Shown here: piece after piece, positions 59,168-64,000 of the stretch
How positions within the stretch are numbered: position 1 is the first letter of the stretch
How the letters are laid out: every line of letters begins with the position of its first letter
NCBI GenBank assembly: GCA_963727625.1
Contig: CAVSHR010000004.1
Coordinates: 960,001-1,024,000 of the forward strand
Direction: 5' to 3'
DNA from: an uncultured delta proteobacterium
Lineage (GTDB): Bacteria; Desulfobacterota; Binatia; UBA9968
DNA length: 64,000 nucleotides
Notes under the pieces: generated by a model
What the model was told of the DNA's origin: nothing
Databases searched by the model: none
What the model saw: the letters and a program-made list of their open reading frames with translations, nothing else
Position numbers and translations under genes: made by a program

Positions 59168-61348
59168 ATGACCATTTCACCTGACAACAGCGACGCTTCC
59201 GCTTGGCGCGATCTCACTCCCCTCATCAACCCGCGCTCGGTGGCTATCGTCGGCGCGTCGCAGCGTGGCTCTTCCGCGCTCAATCGCGAGCCGAGGGGGA
59301 ACCGGGTCATCCGAAACTTAAAAAGTTTCGGCTATCCCGGCAAAATTGTTACGGTTAATCCAAAGTACAACGAGGTGATGGACTGCCCCTGCTATCCCGA
59401 TATCGCGACGATTCCCGAACCTGTCGACTGCGTCGTTTTGGCCGTGCCTAATCGCCACGTGCCGGATCTTTTGCAATCGGCGGCCGACGCCGGCGTGCGG
59501 GCGGCGGTGGTCTTCTCGGCGGGCTTCGCCGAGACCGGCGCCGCAGGCAAAGAGCGCCAGGCGAGGCTCGAGGCGCTTTCGCGCGAGCGCGGCTTCCTGA
59601 TCTGCGGACCCAACTGCTACGGGGTCTTAAACGTCTACGGCAAGGCACCTTTGTTCGCGTCGACGATACCGGCGGGCTTCCTCGCCGGCCCAGTGGCGCT
59701 GGTTTCCCAGAGCGGCGGCCTGAGCACCACCATCGCCAACGCCATGATGCTCAATCGCCATGTCGGCCTGAGCCACATCGTTTCCTGCGGTAATCAAGCC
59801 GGCGCGACGGTGGAAGAATATTTCAACTATTTCGTCGAAGATGAAAATACCCGGGTGATCGCGGCCTTCGTCGAGGGATTTAAACAACCCTATAAACTTC
59901 TGGAAGTCGCGCGCAAAGCCGCGGCACGAAACAAGCCTTTGATCATCCTCAAAGGCGGCAGATCGGAAGTCTCGCAGCGCGCCGCGGCGACTCACTCGGG
60001 CTCCCTGGCCGGCGCGGCGGAGGTGGTCGACGCGGCATTTCACCAAGGCGGCATCGTCTCGGTGCGCAGCATCAACGAGCTGATCGACGCCGTCAGTGTT
60101 TTTTCCTGCGACAAGTTCATCCGACAATACCGCGGCGGCCGGCGTATCGGCGTGCTCAGCGGCTCGGGCGGCGAGTGCACGCTGGTCTCCGACGCCGCAG
60201 CAAGTGTAGGGCTCGAAGTGCCGGAATTGACTCAGAACACCAAAGCGCAGCTCCAGGAAGCGATCGCCGACTTCGGCAATATGAACAATCCGCTCGACGG
60301 CACCGGCGCCATGTACGACGACGAAAAGATTTTTCCACGATTGCTCCAGGCGCTGATCGATGACGCCAACATCGACGTGGTCACCATCAACCTCGAGGCC
60401 AACGATCCGCGCCCGAAGGAATTGAAAAGCGGCAACCGCTTTTCCGCGGCGATAGAGAAAGCCGCGGCGTCGAGCAAAAAACCGATCGCCTGTTTCAGCT
60501 CCGTCGTCGGCGGTCCAGTGGATCCGGAAATTCTTCTGCCGTTGCGCGCCGCCGGCGTGCCGCTCATGGAAGGTGCGGAGTGCGCGACGATCACCATCCG
60601 TAATTTAGCCGAGTACGATGAATTCCATAGAAACCGGCGGGAAAACCCTGCAATAGGAGCAGCAGCCGCGCCCGCCAAAAAGTTAGGCTCTGGAATCCTG
60701 CCAGCCGAAGCAGCCTTTCGCCTGTTTGAGGAATTTGCAATTCCAGTCGTTCCGACGGTTCTGACTCGCAGCGCCAACCAGGCAGCAGCCGCGGCCGAGC
60801 AAATGGGCTTTCCCGTCGCGTTAAAGATCGAATCGGTCGACATCACTCACAAGAGCGATATCGGCGGGGTGGCGCTAAAACTCACCAATTCCAGCGAAGT
60901 CAGGGATGCCTACGCGCGCATCCAAGCTGAAGTCAGCCGCCGCGCCCCCGGCGTAAAGATCGACGGCGTCGTCGTGCAACGGATGGCGACCGAAGGAGTT
61001 GAAATGATCCTGGGGATCAAACGCGATCCGCTCTTCGGCCCGGTGGTTCTCTGCGGCTTCGGCGGCATTCTTGTTGAATTGCTCAAGGATATTGCCGTCG
61101 GTATACCACCCTTGTCGCCTGCCCAAGCGCGCGACATGCTCCAACGTCTGCGCGGTTTTGCGCTGCTCGGCGGTGTGCGCGGCAAAGCGCCCGCCGACAT
61201 TGACGCGCTTTGCGCAGCGATCGTCGGGGTGTCGCGGCTCGCGATCAGCCTGGGTGATCAACTCACTGGCTTGGACATCAACCCGCTGATCGTGTTGCCG
61301 AAAGGCAAGGGAGTCCTCGCCGTCGACGCGCTGGTGCAGATCGAATGA
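59168..61348 (+). CDS. ADP-forming acyl-CoA synthetase (acetate-CoA ligase family, fused alpha/beta)
   Basis: PRSVAIVGAS, GPNC.G, SQSG, phospho-His THSGSLAG and ATP-grasp HKSD.GGV / DINP motifs. Confidence 0.92.
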   Translation: MTISPDNSDASAWRDLTPLINPRSVAIVGASQRGSSALNREPRGNRVIRNLKSFGYPGKIVTVNPKYNEVMDCPCYPDIATIPEPVDCVVLAVPNRHVPDLLQSAADAGVRAAVVFSAGFAETGAAGKERQARLEALSRERGFLICGPNCYGVLNVYGKAPLFASTIPAGFLAGPVALVSQSGGLSTTIANAMMLNRHVGLSHIVSCGNQAGATVEEYFNYFVEDENTRVIAAFVEGFKQPYKLLEVARKAAARNKPLIILKGGRSEVSQRAAATHSGSLAGAAEVVDAAFHQGGIVSVRSINELIDAVSVFSCDKFIRQYRGGRRIGVLSGSGGECTLVSDAAASVGLEVPELTQNTKAQLQEAIADFGNMNNPLDGTGAMYDDEKIFPRLLQALIDDANIDVVTINLEANDPRPKELKSGNRFSAAIEKAAASSKKPIACFSSVVGGPVDPEILLPLRAAGVPLMEGAECATITIRNLAEYDEFHRNRRENPAIGAAAAPAKKLGSGILPAEAAFRLFEEFAIPVVPTVLTRSANQAAAAAEQMGFPVALKIESVDITHKSDIGGVALKLTNSSEVRDAYARIQAEVSRRAPGVKIDGVVVQRMATEGVEMILGIKRDPLFGPVVLCGFGGILVELLKDIAVGIPPLSPAQARDMLQRLRGFALLGGVRGKAPADIDALCAAIVGVSRLAISLGDQLTGLDINPLIVLPKGKGVLAVDALVQIE

Positions 61349-61357
61349 AAGAAAAAC

Positions 61358-61443
61358 GCGTTCAAGCAGTTCAATGCGTTTAAGTCGTTCAACGCGTTAT
61401 CGGAGTTAATCGGACGGCTTGAACTATTTGAACGTTTTGAACC
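61358..61443. repeat. Family A repeat, full inverted form
   Basis: gttcaagcagttcaatgcgtttaagtcgttcaac ... cttgaactatttgaacgttttgaac. Confidence 0.85.
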
Positions 61444-61464
61444 CAGAAGCACAGAGGAGTTCGA

Positions 61465-62343
61465 ATGCCCGACTTCAAGGAAATCCTTTACGAAAAACAA
61501 CGCAGCGGCGCGTTGATCACCTTAAACCGTCCGGAGGCGATGAACGCCATCAGCCGGAGCATGATCAAGGAGATGCACCAGGCGCTCGACGACGCGGAAC
61601 AAGACAAAGAGGTCCGCGCCGTCGTCCTCACCGGCGCGGGACGGGCGTTTTCCGCAGGGATGGACCAGGGATCATCGTCGGGCCGGCGCCGGGATATTCA
61701 CTGGCCCTACGGCATCGTCACCGGCCAGACCGCCGCCGAGGTGATCGACTCGTGGCGCGTCGATCCGCGCAACTTTCGCCGCATGTGGGAGTTTGGCAAG
61801 CCGATCATTGGCGCAATCAACGGCTGGGCCATGGGCGCCGGCTCGTGGCTGTCGCTTTTCACCCATATCACGCTAGCGTCGGAAAGCGCGGTCTTCGCTC
61901 AGCCGGAAGTGCGTCACGGCTCCAACACGAGTTTTATGTGGACGCTGCTGGGCGGCTACAAGAACGCCCTGCGCTACGGCCTCACTGGCGATCACATCGA
62001 CGCTCAAGAGGCGCTGCGCATCGGCTTGGTCGTCAAAGTTGTGCCGCAAGATCAGCTGATCGACGAATGCTTCAAGATCGTCGAAAGGATCGCCAAGGTG
62101 CCGCCGGAAACGGTGAAGATCAATTTGCAAATCGCGACCATGGGACTCGACATGATGGGCCTGCGCGACGCCTTGACCTTCGACAGTCAAATGTCCGCCC
62201 CGGCCCACGTCATGTTGCGCGAAGAATTGCGCAAGCCATTGGATGACGCGCGCGCCAACAAAGGCATTCGCGACTATTTGCAGATGCGCGACGGCCCGTT
62301 CCAACCGGAGCCGTTCGGACCGAGAGCGAAGAAGAAGGCTTGA
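61465..62343 (+). CDS. Crotonase family, paralog 2
   Basis: Highly similar to 58200..59078, including QPEVRHGSN and RDGPFQPEPFGP. Confidence 0.9.
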   Translation: MPDFKEILYEKQRSGALITLNRPEAMNAISRSMIKEMHQALDDAEQDKEVRAVVLTGAGRAFSAGMDQGSSSGRRRDIHWPYGIVTGQTAAEVIDSWRVDPRNFRRMWEFGKPIIGAINGWAMGAGSWLSLFTHITLASESAVFAQPEVRHGSNTSFMWTLLGGYKNALRYGLTGDHIDAQEALRIGLVVKVVPQDQLIDECFKIVERIAKVPPETVKINLQIATMGLDMMGLRDALTFDSQMSAPAHVMLREELRKPLDDARANKGIRDYLQMRDGPFQPEPFGPRAKKKA

Positions 62344-62413
62344 GGCGCGAGGCTTGAGGCAACAGCTATAGGTATCGGGCAAGGTGCAACAGTAAGAGAA
62401 GGACGAGGATACG

Positions 62414-63301
62414 ATGGCGGACTACAAAAACATCCTTTATCAAAAACAGCGCAAAGGGGTGCTCATCACGCTCAACCGGCCCAAAGAGCTCAACGCGCTC
62501 AACGAGGCGATGATGAGCGAGATCGATCAGGCGCTGGCCGTGGCGGAATCCGATCCGGAGATCCGGGCGATCGTTATCACCGGCGCCGGCGATGCCTTTT
62601 CCGTCGGTGAAGATCTCAGCGGCGATGACGCGGAAACGGCTTGGCCCTACGGCATACCAACGGGCACATCGCTCAATGCGACCTACAACAAATTCCGCGA
62701 CGCCGACCGAAAAGATATTCTCGGACGGCAACTCTATCGCTGGCAGTATCCAAAACCGATTGTCGCCGCCGTCAGCGGCTGGTGTCTGGGCGCTGCCTCG
62801 TCGCTGGCGCTCACCTGCCCTATAACGATTGCCGCGGACGACGCGGTTTTCGGTCAGCCGCAGGTCCGTCATGCCGCCAACACGGATTTTATCTGGGTTG
62901 TGCTGGCCGGATTCAAAAACGCGCTGCGCTACTCGCTTACCGGCGATCATGTCGATGCCCAGGAGGCGCTACGCATCGGCCTGATCAATCAAGTCGTTCC
63001 CAAGGCGGACTTGCTGGAAACCTGTTTCAAGTTCGTCGAACGCGTCGCTCACGTGCCACCCGAGACGGTCAAGATCAACCTGCATATTTCCACGCAAGGC
63101 CTCGAAATGATGGGCCTGCGCAAAGCCTGGATGGTGAATGCTGAATTGGCCTCCATGGCCCGCCTGACCAAGCGCGAAGAGTTCAATAAACGTTTGGAAG
63201 AAGCGAAAAAGAGCGGCGGGCTGGAGGCGTTCCTGAAAGAGCGCGACGCGCCCTTTCAACCCGAACCGTTCGGACCCAAGGCGAAGGGAAAAACGGAGTA
63301 A
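62414..63301 (+). CDS. Crotonase family, paralog 3
   Basis: QPQVRHAAN and RDAPFQPEPFGP motifs. Confidence 0.88.
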   Translation: MADYKNILYQKQRKGVLITLNRPKELNALNEAMMSEIDQALAVAESDPEIRAIVITGAGDAFSVGEDLSGDDAETAWPYGIPTGTSLNATYNKFRDADRKDILGRQLYRWQYPKPIVAAVSGWCLGAASSLALTCPITIAADDAVFGQPQVRHAANTDFIWVVLAGFKNALRYSLTGDHVDAQEALRIGLINQVVPKADLLETCFKFVERVAHVPPETVKINLHISTQGLEMMGLRKAWMVNAELASMARLTKREEFNKRLEEAKKSGGLEAFLKERDAPFQPEPFGPKAKGKTE

Positions 63302-63375
63302 TGGAGGATTGGAGAAATGGAGTGATGGATGAAAAATTCCGAACCAATACTCCAACACTCCATCACTCCAATTCC
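63295..63375. repeat. Family C 8-bp-period palindromic repeat, copy 2
   Basis: ggagtaa tggaggat tggagaaa tggagtga tgg ... ccaata ctccaaca ctccatca ctccaa; it supplies the TAA of the upstream gene. Confidence 0.85.
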
Positions 63376-63417
63376 GGAGGGCATAAGAAAACAAGACCCG
63401 ATTTCGGAGGAGTCGCC

Positions 63418-64000
63418 ATGAACGACGCAACCGCCAAACTCGATCCTGAGACGCAGCCACCACTGGTGCGGGTCGACATGTATCAACGGTGGCGCGACCG
63501 AGAGGGAGCGCCGCTCGTCGGCGGCGTTTACATCAAAGACATGAAGGCCGTGGAAGTGGGCCCGTGGCCGCGCAAGGGCGACGGCGTCAAAGGCGCGCTT
63601 TGCTACCTCGACGGCGACGACGAGGGCGACGAGCATATCGTCGAGTTGCCTCCCGGGGGCGCCACCGCACCGCTCAGGCACATGTATACCGAGGCGATCT
63701 ACGTCGTCTCGGGACATGGCTCCGCGTCGGTGTGGCGCGATAATAGCGCGAAGCAAACTTTCGAATGGGGGCCCGGCAGTTATTTCGTTTTGCCGACGAA
63801 TGGCTGGCACCAGTTCTTCAACGCCAGCCTATCGCGCGCCGCGCGCTGGTTTTCCGTCACCGACCTGCCGCAGCTTCTGCGCCAGTGGGCCAGCGAGGAC
63901 TTTATTTTCAATAACCCCTACGACTTCGTCGACCGCTATCGCGGCGAGCCCGATCATTTCAGCGCCGAGGCCAAGCTCTACCGCGGCCGGGTTTGGGAAA
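63418..64000 (+). CDS. Cupin-domain protein (partial, runs off window)
   Basis: RBS ggagga then MNDATAKLDP...; RHMYTEAIYVVSG.G, FEWGPGS.F..P.N.WHQ.FN cupin motifs. The frame is open to the window end. Confidence 0.8.
   Translation, partial: MNDATAKLDPETQPPLVRVDMYQRWRDREGAPLVGGVYIKDMKAVEVGPWPRKGDGVKGALCYLDGDDEGDEHIVELPPGGATAPLRHMYTEAIYVVSGHGSASVWRDNSAKQTFEWGPGSYFVLPTNGWHQFFNASLSRAARWFSVTDLPQLLRQWASEDFIFNNPYDFVDRYRGEPDHFSAEAKLYRGRVWE

Noticed and set aside
15094-63375. Periodic repeats as CRISPR arrays
   Set aside because: Units are 7-9 bp with no 25-40-bp unique spacers, and there are no cas genes.

Overview
GC-rich bacterial chromosomal segment. The gene repertoire (many orphan NMT1/THI5-type binding proteins, LLM oxidoreductases, UbiD enzymes, gentisate-dioxygenase-like cupins, xanthine-oxidase-family Mo enzyme, crotonase paralogs) resembles soil Binatia/Deltaproteobacteria-type genomes; this taxonomy is inference only. 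1-10 kb is an accessory region of short, unrelated, co-oriented genes: hicAB between 48-bp direct repeats of a (2Fe-2S) gene 3' end, an LLM pseudogene split by an IS630, a TIR-Zn-ribbon protein, and an IS1634 inserted in an attC-like site. Three decayed attC-like sites suggest a relic integron cassette array. 10-44 kb and 57-64 kb hold catabolic operons in which many enzymes have substituted canonical catalytic or metal residues (Mo-hydroxylase, two M24, M20, enolase, three crotonases), pointing to an undescribed pathway. 44-49 kb is a second accessory patch (hicBA, decayed IS3, lower-GC binding protein and cytochrome c', RAYT-like remnant). 49-54 kb is a MacAB-like exporter. Intergenic spaces hold at least seven families of short palindromic elements, several built from 7-, 8- or 9-bp periodic units. 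No rRNA, tRNA or CRISPR array was seen. Product calls rest on motif recognition by eye; no database searches were run.
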